Assembly (NCBI GenBank): GCA_048213135.1
Contig: PS015081.1
Span: forward strand, 168,785 to 232,784
Length of the DNA: 64,000 nucleotides
Origin: Reclinomonas americana ATCC 50394
Lineage: Eukaryota
Direction of reading: 5' to 3'
Shown here: in pieces, positions 48,396-61,516 of the stretch
How the letters are laid out: each line of letters opens with the position of its first letter
Numbering within the stretch: position 1 is the stretch's first letter
The notes under the pieces: model-generated
The model's input: the letters and a program-made list of their open reading frames with translations, nothing else
Database searches by the model: none
What the model was told of the DNA's origin: nothing
Program-made: the position numbers and the translations under genes

Positions 48396-50353
48396 ATGGG
48401 TGAGGAGGTGCGCGACCAGGCGCACTATGTGTGGACGCACCTGCTACCTGCGTGTCGCCAGCTGTGCAATGGCGATGAGGAGAATGCCGCACGCGCAATG
48501 CACTGGGCGCACTCTGTGGAACAGGTACCTCCTTGTCACTTGTCTCTCTCACACTTCCACTGTGAATGCTGAGTGAATGCAGGCATTCGTTGTGTGCGAT
48601 GCAGTGGAGCAGCAGAGAATCGTACGCGAGCTGAGTGATGCGTGGCGAGTGACAGAGGCGACTGTGGAGCGATTTCTGCAAGAGACGCGGTCAGTCAGTC
48701 TCTTTTTGCATGTCGGCGATCACCTGCCCGCCTCAGCTCATGCGATGATGTAGTGTGGTGCTGGCGGAGCGCATGTTGAGTGTGGTCAGTGGTAGACAGG
48801 TTCCGGCGATTGTACGCGAGGTGCTCCCTCCGGCAGCTGTCGAGTATCTCGTGCAGGTGCAGCAGCAGTGTGGTGAGAAGGAGACGCGTTCCGAAGAGGC
48901 AGTGGCAAGAATGCCGGCTGTTGATGAGGTGCTTGGCGGTGCGAGGAGTGCTTCACCGCGTTGCAGCACTGCTCACTGTCGGTGTAGCTGATGCGGGAGT
49001 TGTTGTCGTGGACCAAGGCGGTGGTGATCATGGATGAGTATGTGGCTGCGGAGCCGGTGCCGGATGCAGTGGCGGCCGCGCCTGTGGATGGTGGCGAGAA
49101 GGCGGGGAATAGGTTCGCCGAGCTGCGCACGTATGCTGGTGCGTGGTCGTGCGAGTTGTCTCGTCGTCGTTCATTGTCGCCGACTTGTTCGTGTGCGCAG
49201 AGTCGAGTGTGGTTCTCTTTCGGCAGCCCGAGTTCGCCGTGCGGTTTGCGGTACGTGTGCATCTAGTGCCTTTGTGTTGTCTCTCTTGACTCACCGGCTG
49301 TTCGCCAGATGATGCGGCGACTGTGCGAGGCAGCGTCACACTGGCAGGTGGTCGCCCGTGTCGTGCGTCAGTTGCTCGACGAGGCCGCCAACACAGAATC
49401 CGGACCGCTGCTGGTGTGCTGTTCAGCTGTGTGCTCCCACATCTTCACCCCTCGTGCGCTCACGCGTGGTCGTCTCATTAGGAAAATGTGCTGTTAGTGC
49501 TGCTGGTGCCGGCGTCGACCATGGAGGCGGCGGATCGTGATGAATTCTGTTGCGGGAGTCGCGCTCGTTTTGGGAGCGTCGCCTGGCCTCGCTCACTCTC
49601 TTTCTTCTGCAGTCGTGTATCCGCTGCTGGCACAGGAGCAACAAATGGCCGAGGCTGCGGCATCGACATGTGGTCTGTTTGCCTCCGAGTCAAATGTCGT
49701 GCAGTCGTCGCCCCTCGACTCTGCACTCGGTTCGTCGGACACTGTCATTCTTTGGGTTGTGAGACGCTTCTCATACGCAACCCGTCACAGTGCTGCCGGT
49801 TGACGATGCGCCACTGGAGGACACGGAGTACTATCGAGCTGTGCTCGATATCGTGCTGCAGACACTGGTGGCGCCATTCTTGTGTTTGCTGTCGATCGCC
49901 TTCCAAGTATTCAACTTACACGAGTCTGTGGTGATGCGCAGCAAGTGAGTCGCACATTGCGTCGACTCCTGTTGTGGGACGTGGACGTTGTGGTGGCCGC
50001 GAGCGTGGCGCAGCTGTACTTGCCATTTGCCGATCTCTACCTCGAACAACTCGCCGATGCCACGCTCGAGTCGTGGCGTGTGGACGCCGCAAAGCACGAC
50101 GAAGCGGCCTACATGCTGGCTCACCGAGGTACGTGCACTGGCCGACACGATTGTGTGCAAGGATTAAAAACCCCCTGCTCGACCTGCTGCAGAGCAACGC
50201 CGCCGCCTGCAACACCGCTGGTACACGCTGTTGACTCGTGGCGAGCGATTGCGCCAGCTCACATCTCGCGTGTTCCATCTCCTCAACCCGCACCGCACGC
50301 CGAGCTGGTCACGCTTCCAGTCACTGATTCGACCGCTCGAGGCGCCCAGATAA
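48396..50353 (+). CDS. Helical protein, possibly FANCF-like
   Basis: DEENAARAMHWAHSVEQ (cf. FANCF DxxTVxRALQWA), LYLPFADLYLEQL, LQHRWYTLL; multi-exon open frame. Confidence 0.45.
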
Positions 50354-50479
50354 TGAAGTGTGACGACGACGACGACAATGACGAGAAAAAGAACAACGAC
50401 CAACAAAATGCATTTCAAACGATTTAGGGAGAAAGAAACAAGGAGAGAGACGACAACAACAACGAGGCATATCGCCTCA

Positions 50480-51985
50480 TTATTGCTCGATAATCTGGCT
50501 GAAGGGCACCGAGATGGCTTGCTGCAGCACCACAGCCTTGGATCGCAGCAGACCGAACGGCGTGTTGGAGGTCGCCACCAAGCACAGCAGCACCTTGGAG
50601 ATCGGCACTACGCAGAGGCGGCCGCCCTAAAGCACACAAAAGACGGAAGGGTGAGTCAGAGTGATGCAAAGCGTGTGTGACGCGACGAAGACGGTGGTTG
50701 CTCTTGAGTGCAACAAGTGTGAATAGAGACTGCATGTCATGCTATCGGGTGCAAGATGTGCGTTGCTGTCATTGTGGGTGAATGTGACGCTCTCAGTGCA
50801 AGCTGTGAGTTGTCGTGCATGTGACGCTCTCGGGAACAAGCTGTGTGCCTCTGCCACAGTGGCTGGATGATGCGCTCTCAGGTGTCAGTGACTGCCCAGA
50901 ATGTCATGCTCTCGAATGCAAGTGCTACAGTAGCAACCTGCAAGTCTCAGTCATTCAATGTCATGCTCTCTGGAACAAGCTGTGCGCCTCTGCCACAGTG
51001 ACTGCCTGATGTGCTTTCGCGTGCGGGCTGCGAGTCAGTGAGAGAATGTGATGCTCTCGAACGCACGCGCTACAGTAGGACTGAAAGCCACGCTCTCAAG
51101 TGCAACCTGCAAGTCTCTGCCACAGTCACTGAATGCCACACTCTCACGTCACACTTAATGGAGGTGAATGTGACGCTCTTGAGAGCACACTCCAGGCGCA
51201 GTGGCTGTATGATACGCAAGTGCAAGGTGTGACAACAGTCCGTGTTGATGCTCCGTGTCATTGCTCATACTCTCATGGNNNNNNNNNNNNNNNNNNNNNN
51301 NNNNNNNNNNNNNNNNNNNNNNNNNNNNNNNNNNNNNNNNNNNNNNNNNNNNNNNNNNNNNNNNNNNNNNNNNNNNNNNNNNNNNNNNNNNNNNNNNNNN
51401 NNNNNNNNNNNNNNNNNNNNNNNNNNNNNNNNNNNNNNNNNNNNNNNNNNNNNNNNNNNNNNNNNNNNNNNNNNNNNNNNNNNNNNNNNNNNNNNNNNNN
51501 NNNNNNNNNNNNNNNNNNNNNNNNNNNNNNNNNNNNNNNNNNNNNNNNNNNNNNNNNNNNNNNNNNNNNNNNNNNNNNNNNNNNNNNNNNNNNNNNNNNN
51601 NNNNNNNNNNNNNNNNNNNNNNNNNNNNNNNNNNNNNNNNNNNNNNNNNNNNNNNNNNNNNNNNNNNNNNNNNNNNNNNNNNNNNNNNNNNNNNNNNNNN
51701 NNNNNNNNNNNNNNNNNNNNNNNNNNNNNNNNNNNNNNNNNNNNNNNNNNNNNNNNNNNNNNNNNNNNNNNNNNNNNNNNNNNNNNNNNNNNNNNNNNNN
51801 NNNNNNNNNNNNNNNNNNNNNNNNNNNNNNNNNNNNNNNNNNNNNNNNNNNNNNNNNNNNNNNNNNNNNNNNNNNNNNNNNNNNNNNNNNNNNNNNNNNN
51901 NNNNNNNNNNNNNNNNNNNNTGTTCATACTCCAGAGTGCAAAGGTGTCATTGCTCACACTCTCACGTTCTCGAGTGTTCCCTCTG

Positions 51986-52020
<35 letters not shown>

Positions 52021-52564
52021 AGTCCCCTGCATTCCTATTCTCCGTCTCTCAATCACACTCTTCCCTCCCCTCCTCCCCCCTCCCCTTCTCTCCTCCCCCT
52101 CTCTCCTCCTCTATCTCCCACACAAACCTCAAAGTCGGCCAGCATAAAGTCGAGAGCCTCAGGTCGCTGACCACCCGCACCCACCGACTCAATGCTCTTC
52201 CACACATTCGACACAATCGCCGACAACAACTGCTCATCAATGCCCTCCGTGCTCTTGCCCGCAAGCAGGTTGCCCTCACCATTGAACAGACTGCGGAAGA
52301 AGAAGAAGAAAAAGAGCGTGTGTGAGAGAGTGCACATGTTCACATCTGCAACACTCACACACACACTGTTGCGTCATTTCTCTCTCTCGCTGTGTGCGTG
52401 TGTGTGTATGAGAGAGCGCGCGCATGTGTTGCACGTGTGGCATCACTCACACGTGTGTGTGCGAATCTCTGTGTCTTTGTGTGTCGCTAACTCAACAGAG
52501 CACTTCGCACGCCGTGGTCGACGGCTTGTTCCAGAACGGGCGGCAATGCCTTGGCCTTCAGCAT
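50480..52564 (-). CDS. LAMTOR2: Ragulator subunit LAMTOR2 (roadblock fold), 3 exons
   Basis: MLKAKALPPVLEQA...LLFNGEGNLLA...SAIVSNVW...LDFMLADFEGGRL...VLLCL...FGLLRSKA; large intron 50627-52127. Confidence 0.9.
50680..51278. repeat. Degenerate tandem repeat in the LAMTOR2 intron
   Basis: Recurrent TGT(C/G)A(T/C)GCTCTC; 45-nt near-copies at 50821 and 50960; GCAACCTGCAAGTCTC at ~50932 and ~51102. Confidence 0.65.
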
Positions 52565-52649
52565 TCTCTCTCACACTTGTTTGAACGGTGATTGAGAAAA
52601 AACACGCAGGACGAGGGACATCGGAACATTTCTCTCTACGTGAAGTCTT

Positions 52650-55474
52650 TTACATGGTCCACACCATGGCGGTGCCGTCATCGCCGCATGTGACAACTGC
52701 AGCGCCACTGGAGAAGACGCCCATGTCGAGAATGACATCGCGATGGCCGCGCCATTGTCGCGTGCATGTCGCTGTGCGGGCATCCCACAGACGGAGTACG
52801 CGATCGGCGCATGCGGTGAAGAGCAGTGGTTCGGTGGGGTGGAAGGCCACGCGGGTGACGCTGTTGGGGTGTGGGCAGGCGCGACGAAGGCGCAGTGAGG
52901 AGAGGTCCCAGATGCGCATCGAGTCGTCGTTGCTGCCAGTGGCCACCAAGCCCATTCTGTGGAGACGCAGGGGGTGAGGCGGTGGGCGGCACTGTGACTC
53001 GCATGCATGTTTTTACGCAACACTTTTGAGAGGGCCACGGATTCGATCTCGGCCTCGTGACCCGTCAGCTTGCCGATGACCTGCGGGGGAGATGGGGTGA
53101 GTTGCGAAAGAAATGCGCTTGGAAGTCAACAACCACACACACACACACCTTGCCGGTGCCCGTGTTGATGACCGCCGCCACCGAGTCGAGCGACCCAGAA
53201 ACGAGGACATTGGCGTGCTCGGCAGTCGACGCAAGGCACGTCACACCGTCCTCGTGTACGTCTGCATGCGGCGATTGTCGGCGATGCGGCGATAAAGGGG
53301 AAGTGATAAAAATCGCACGCAACTGCTGACAACGCGGACCGTGCTGCCGCTCTTCGGATCCCAGATGCGCACCGTGGTGTCTGCGCTGCCCGTGTAGATT
53401 TGCTTGCCTGCGCGCGGGAGGGGAGAAGGAGGAAGCGATGAGAAAGAAAGGGGCGATGACGAGAGCTCAGAGCAGCGACCCAACATTTACCAAGCGAGGA
53501 CATGATGAACAAGGAGCAAACATAAAGAGTTCCAAGCTTCAAAAAAGGAGCAAAGAAATAGAGGAGCAGGGAAGGAACGGAAAGACACAAGTGCAGGAAG
53601 AGGAAGAGACACGAATTTGCAGAATCGCAGGCGCGATACAGAAGGATCGAAACCAAGCAGCACGTGCATCCATCTGCCTTCATACACCCTTCTACCTCCA
53701 TAGAAAAAGTGGTGCAGAGACACGAGTCTGCATGATCAAGGAACGGAAAGACACGAGTGCAAGAAGAAGATGGGTCACGAGTCTGCAGGATCAAAGACGC
53801 GATGCTAGGTTCGAAACCAAGCAGCACATGCATCCATCTGCCCCGTTCATGACAGACGTGCTGCAGAGGAACTGTGTGCAGTACTCTCTCACTCTTTGTC
53901 TCTCTCTCTCTGTCTCTCTCATTTCTCCTGTCAACACATGCATCCTACTGCTTTTATACACCTTCTACCTCCATCACCCTTTCCTTCTGACTTCATGCCT
54001 CTATTCCCTTCCACGCACCATCAGGAGAGAACTGGCCACACAGCACAGCATCGCCGTGACCCGACATCACGTGCATCACAGCGCCCGAGGCACCGTTCCA
54101 CAGCCACACCATGCCGCCCGAATCACCACCACACAACACGTCGCCCTTCTGGTGCCAATCGATCCACTGCACGACTCAAAAACACATGAGCATCGCGCAC
54201 CAAAAAAAAAAAAACACGACAAAGAGGCGGATCACACCTCCACTTCCGCACTGGCCTCCAGATCCTGCACGAGCTTCCCATCGCCAACGCTCCACACCTT
54301 GACATGCGCATCCATGCACGCCGTGGCCACCAGCGATCCCGACGCATTGAACCGCACCGATGTCACCGTCTCGCCTTGCGCTGCATCGCAAGACTCAGCA
54401 ACACACAAAAGGGCGACAAAAAGAACAACAGAGACGCAACGTCCGAGCTCAAACAGCGTCGCAGCCTCGCACGTGGGATCGTCAGTGGTCTTCCACAAAA
54501 AGGCGCGATCGTCGCCACCTCCAGAGGCCAACACCGTGCTGTCAGTCGGGTGGAAGGCCACAGTGTACACCGCGTCTACAGACAAGGAGAGTGAGCGACA
54601 CACACACTTGCACACACTTCCACACACTTGCACACACTTTCACACACTTTCACACACTTTCACACACTTTCACACTCTCTCACACACTTCCACACTCTCT
54701 CACACACTTGCACACACTTTCACACACTTCCACACACTTGCACACACTTGCACACACTTCCACACACTTTCACACACTTGCACACACTTTCACACACTTG
54801 CACACACTACACACACTACACACACTTACACACACTCGCACACACTTCACACACTTAGCACACACTTGCACACACTTGCACNNNNNNNNNNNNNNNNNNN
54901 NTACCCACGCGTCTACAGGACCAAGGACGAGTGACGCGAACACACACACTGCACACACTCACACACTTGCACACACTTCGACACCACTTTCGACACACTT
55001 CACACACTTTCACACTCTCTCACACACTTCCACACTCTCTCACACACTTGCACACACTTTCACACACTTCCACACACTTGCACACACTTGCACACACTTC
55101 CACACACTTTCACACACTTGCACACACTTTCACACACTTGCACACACTTACACACACTTACACACACTTACACACACTTGCACACACTTCCACACACTTG
55201 CACACACTTGCACACACTTGCACACACTTACACACACTTACACACACTTGCACACACTTCCACACACTTGCACACACTTGCACACACTTACACACACTTA
55301 CACACACTTACACACACTTGCACACACTTTCACACACTTCCACACACACTTGCACACACTTACACACACTTTCACACACTTCCACACACTCCCACACACT
55401 CCCACACACTTTTACACACTTTTACACACTTGCACACACTTATACACACTTATACACACTTGCACACACACACA

Positions 55475-55505
<31 letters not shown>

Positions 55506-55958
55506 GACTGACCCGTGTGCCCGCGGAAAAACGCTGTGCACTCTGCGCCCATGTCCTCATCCACCTCGTCATCGTCGCCCTCTTCTCCCTCCGCGCCTTC
55601 TCCTCCTTCCTCGCCTTCCTCCTCCTCATCATCCTCATCGCCCTCATTGCCGACCTCAATGACATCGACGATATCCGACGGGTCGATGAAGTTGCCCTCT
55701 TCGTCGTAGAAGCCGGTCTGTGTAATGTCGCCGCCTTTGTGTGTGACAGAGAGAGAGAGAGAGTGAGAAAGAGAGTGCGCGTGACATGTCGCGGAACAAA
55801 CACGCGAACGCACCTGCGTCGTCCGGTCGCCGCTCGTCGCCGCCTTCACCGTCACCACTGCCACTGTTGCCGGCCTGTGCGGAGAACGCCGAGTGTGAGA
55901 CGAGAGAGAGAGAGAGACATGTCAACTTGTGCAACAAAAGACGCACTGATGCGCTCAT
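52650..55958 (-). CDS. SQT1: WD40 ribosome-assembly chaperone SQT1/AAMP
   Basis: Acidic N-terminus, GHTDAVYTVAFHP..LASGGGDDRAFLW, VEWIDWHQKGDVL, GHGDAVLCGQFSPDGKQIYTGSAD, GHRDVILDM. Confidence 0.88.
53571..53843. repeat. Diverged ~165-nt tandem duplication inside SQT1 intron 53408-54018
   Basis: AAGGAACGGAAAGACAC at ~53572 and ~53738; TCGAAACCAAGCAGCAC.TGCATCCATCTGCC at ~53647 and ~53811. Confidence 0.75.
54601..55470. repeat. 10-nt minisatellite (CACACACTTN)n in a SQT1 intron, interrupted by an N gap
   Basis: Dozens of phased CACACACTT(G/T/C/A) units seen directly. Confidence 0.95.
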
Positions 55959-56192
55959 GCTTCTTTCCGGATGCAGTTGATGCTTGCTCACAGGAGGACT
56001 AGCGAAAGAAAGAAAGAAACGGCGGAGCTTTGCTCGCACACAAACGCGCGCTAATCGGAGACTCTCCTTCTCTCGCACTCCGCGTCGATTGCCTTCCCGC
56101 CAGCGAGCACGGAAGAGACAAACCAATCTGTCCCACATAGCATATCTTTCGCACTTGTCGGAGCAATCGCACATCTCCACACAACACAGACT

Positions 56193-58111
<1,919 letters not shown>

Positions 58112-58307
58112 AACAAGCGTACGGAGGATGAGAGTGGTGATGCACAGCCGGCCTGTTCAGCTCCGACAAAAAAGGAAAAACACTTAAATTTATAAAAAGG
58201 AAATGCGAGCACTCCCGCCCTTTCCACGCTGGCTGTTGTTCATATCACGCGAAAGAATTGAGGCAGTCATTGCACTCCATCTCTTCACATTCATCTCCCG
58301 CCCGAGA

Positions 58308-58417
58308 ATGCCTGCTTACCGGAGAACAATGACGAGGTGTTCAGGCACATGTTCGCGTCACTCTGCGGCTTCATCGCGCACACTCTGTCACAAGCACAAG
58401 CAAATGCAGGTTCGCGG

Positions 58418-58449
<32 letters not shown>

Positions 58450-60293
58450 GCTGTGCGCGCATGTGTTTGTGGGACTCCTGCTGTCTGCATGCATCATGAT
58501 CATGATCGTGTCTCCGTGTGGGATGATGTCCTCATTTGCGTGTTTTGATACTTGCAGCCTCTCCGGTGCGGAAGCGCCAGCGATTGCTTCCCAGCACAGT
58601 GCAGAGTGAGGCTGCCACATGCACTGAGGCAGCCGTGGCCACAAGCGACGCTGGACCGATATATGTCGGCGCTGGAAGACCAAGACGGATTCCTATTGCG
58701 ATAGCCTTGGCGACGGAGGGCCTGCCGGTGCTCGATTCAGTACGCTCAGCCTGCAGGTGAATGATCAAGCGCGAGTGCACGCCCTCCGCCGTGACGCTGC
58801 GGAGTTGGTTCTCGACAATGACTGCGTGCATGCGTATGCGCGTGCGGTACTCTGGTGGACCGGCTGTTTACGATCGTGGTCAGAGTTGCTTGCAAAACGC
58901 TGGCTGACGCCTCGTGACGTCGCTGCGCTGCGGTTCTGCTGCCGAGCGCTATTTCCTCGTCGATATGGGTCGGGAATCTTCNNNNNNNNNNNNNNNNNNN
59001 NNNNNNNNNNNNNNNNNNNNNNNNNNNNNNNNNNNNNNNNNNNNNNNNNNNNNNNNNNNNNNNNNNNNNNNNNNNNNNNNNNNNNNNNNNNNNNNNNNNN
59101 NNNNNNNNNNNNNNNNNNNNNNNNNNNNNNNNNNNNNNNNNNNNNNNNNNNNNNNNNNNNNNNNNNNNNNNNNNNNNNNNNNNNNNNNNNNNNNNNNNNN
59201 NNNNNNNNNNNNNNNNNNNNNNNNNNNNNNNNNNNNNNNNNNNNNNNNNNNNNNNNNNNNNNNNNNNNNNNNNNNNNNNNNNNNNNNNNNNNNNNNNNNN
59301 NNNNNNNNNNNNNNNNNNNNNNNNNNNNNNNNNNNNNNNNNNNNNNNNNNNNNNNNNNNNNNNNNNNNNNNNNNNNNNNNNNNNNNNNNNNNNNNNNNNN
59401 NNNNNNNNNNNNNNNNNNNNNNNNNNNNNNNNNNNNNNNNNNNNNNNNNNNNNNNNNNNNNNNNNNNNNNNNNNNNNNNNNNNNNNNNNNNNNNNNNNNN
59501 NNNNNNNNNNNNNNNNNNNNNNNNNNNNNNNNNNNNNNNNNNNNNNNNNNNNNNNNNNNNNNNNNNNNNNNNNNNNNNNNNNNNNNNNNNNNNNNNNNNN
59601 NNNNNNNNNNNNNNNNNNNNNNNNNNNNNNNNNNNNNNNNNNNNNNNNNNNNNNNNNNNNNNNNNNNNNNNNNNNNNNNNNNNNNNNNNNNNNNNNNNNN
59701 NNNNNNNNNNNNNNNNNNNNNNNNNNNNNNNNNNNNNNNNNNNNNNNNNNNNNNNNNNNNNNNNNNNNNNNNTCTGGATCTGTTTCCTCGGGGGCCCGGG
59801 ATTCCGAATGTGAGACCTGCGTCGACCCTTCCTGGGTCTTCGCGACGGCTTCGGTTGCGTCTGTCACGTTGATCGGCACTTGGTGAGTACGTGTTAGACA
59901 TAGCGGTGCGCGGATCCGGAATGATATGAATGTTAATGTGTGTGCATTCTGCTTTGCAGTGCCGGGCTTGGTGCATTCCCACATCGAACACCGTAAATTC
60001 CACGGCGACGCTCACGCGTTGTCGAGCTGCGAGCATCCGTGCTTGCGGTTGTTTCCAAGAAGTATCTCCAAACTTGTGAGTTGGTGTACTCCGGCTGTTT
60101 CATTTGGGATGGCGTTGGTGCTGACTCACTCCCTCCCTGCCTCTCCCTTGCGCCACATTAACAGGAAAGAAATAGTTGCGCGACCTATGCGAGTTTCTTC
60201 CTCCGAATTCGATTAATGTGCGCGTACTCACGTGACTGTTGTTCTCTATTTGTGTTTGTCTCTTGCTCGGCGCACTCTATATGCCTGCAGGTG
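58308..60293 (+). CDS. Probable hypothetical protein interrupted by ~790-nt N gap; boundaries uncertain
   Basis: ATG at 58308 followed by GT-AG structure and coding-like exons (VNDQARVHALRRDAAELVLDNDCVHAYAR). Confidence 0.3.
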
Positions 60294-60484
60294 AAAGGTG
60301 AGCTTGCACCCCCTCCCTGTCAATTGCTGCTCGTTCCTGACTGCTTTTCCCGCCATTTTTGCTTTCCATATTTGTCGGAATGCCGTTGACTGACAGCCGG
60401 CGGCAGCGGAATGAGTTGTTGTTCGTTTTTTCCAGTAGTAGTGAATCGCAGAAGAGGCATTTGTTATATTTCTCTGTCTTCTCG

Positions 60485-61333
60485 TCACAAGCAGAAGAAG
60501 GCACGCAGTTGCACAAACTCTTGCATGGCGGTCGACTCGCTGTTGTCAAACGCCAGCGAGTAGGCCACGTAGAAGTTCCTCTTGGCCTCGTCGTACTGCG
60601 AGCGATTCAGTGAGCGCAAAAGGGGGAGAGACTACAAAGGCCTCGATGCAACACCCGCCAGCCCCACCTTCCAAAAGTTGATGCTGGGACCCGTCAGCGT
60701 CGTCATCCATGTTCTGCACCGTCGTTCAGTCATCATCGTGTGTGAAGAATCACACACAAGCGAGTGTACAGCACGCAACGAGTGGTCCTTGCCCATGAAG
60801 AATTGACCTGCACGCGTACACAGAGAGCGCATATCAGCGATGCATCTAGCAAACAAAGAGAAGGATATCCACCGACGCACCCTCGGTGAAGGTGATGCGA
60901 TCGTACGAAACCGGATTCAACAGCGTGTCCGTATGCAGCGGACCATATATCGTGGCCGACGAGCGCTGCAGTCGACATACAATGAACATACGCACTCGCA
61001 CACTGAGAGAGACAAGGAGGAAAAGCGACGGAACTGTGTACGGGAAGATCACATCGGCATCGAACACGCCGGCACCCGCACGAATCGGGATAAACATCCG
61101 TGGCCTACAACACAGACATGAGTCTCAGTCTCTCTCACACACGCACACGCTCACTCACACACTCACCTCTGCTTCGGCTGGTACTGCACACAAGGCGCCT
61201 CTTCATGCTCAACAACTTCCGCCTCTTCCTCCTCCTCCTCTTCCACCACATGCTTGCGTCGCTTTCGATGCGGCTGTGGCACACAATCGCCGTCACGCTG
61301 CGTGCTGAACGAAAGCACACGCTCGACTTCCAT
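60485..61333 (-). CDS. Hypothetical protein, ~6 exons
   Basis: MEVERVLSF...QRPRMFIPI...TFTEGQFFMGKDHSTWMTTL...YDEAKRNFYVAY...AFFCL*; open frame after splicing. Confidence 0.5.
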
Positions 61334-61516
61334 TCTCTCTCGCACAAAGAAGCAAAAGGCACGCGCTAACGGACATGACTCACTGTGCGCTGATTGTCAC
61401 CTTCGATATTTGCGTGTGAGCGCGCGTTGTGTGTGTCTCTGCCTGCCTGTGTGTGTGCGTGTGTGGTCGCGCTCTCTGTGTGTGCCACTCCACGCGACAC
61501 ACGCGCGCGCGAGCAA

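Noticed and set aside
51133-52325. Long ORFs spanning N runs (also 58746-60036)
   Set aside because: Artefacts of translating assembly gaps.
54902-55130. Apparent duplication of the SQT1 exon edge and minisatellite start (copy of ~54566-54790)
   Set aside because: Begins right at an N gap, with indel-type errors that fade with distance; typical of a low-quality read end or unmerged contig overlap, so probably an assembly artefact.
54360-56002. Long His/Thr-rich ORFs (HTLAHT repeats)
   Set aside because: Translations of the CACACACTTN minisatellite, antisense to and inside a SQT1 intron; also not CRISPR (no unique spacers).
60861-60868. ATATCCTT on the minus strand with a downstream AC
   Set aside because: No TCCTTRAC branch, and that splice leads to an early stop; it lies inside an ordinary GT-AG intron.
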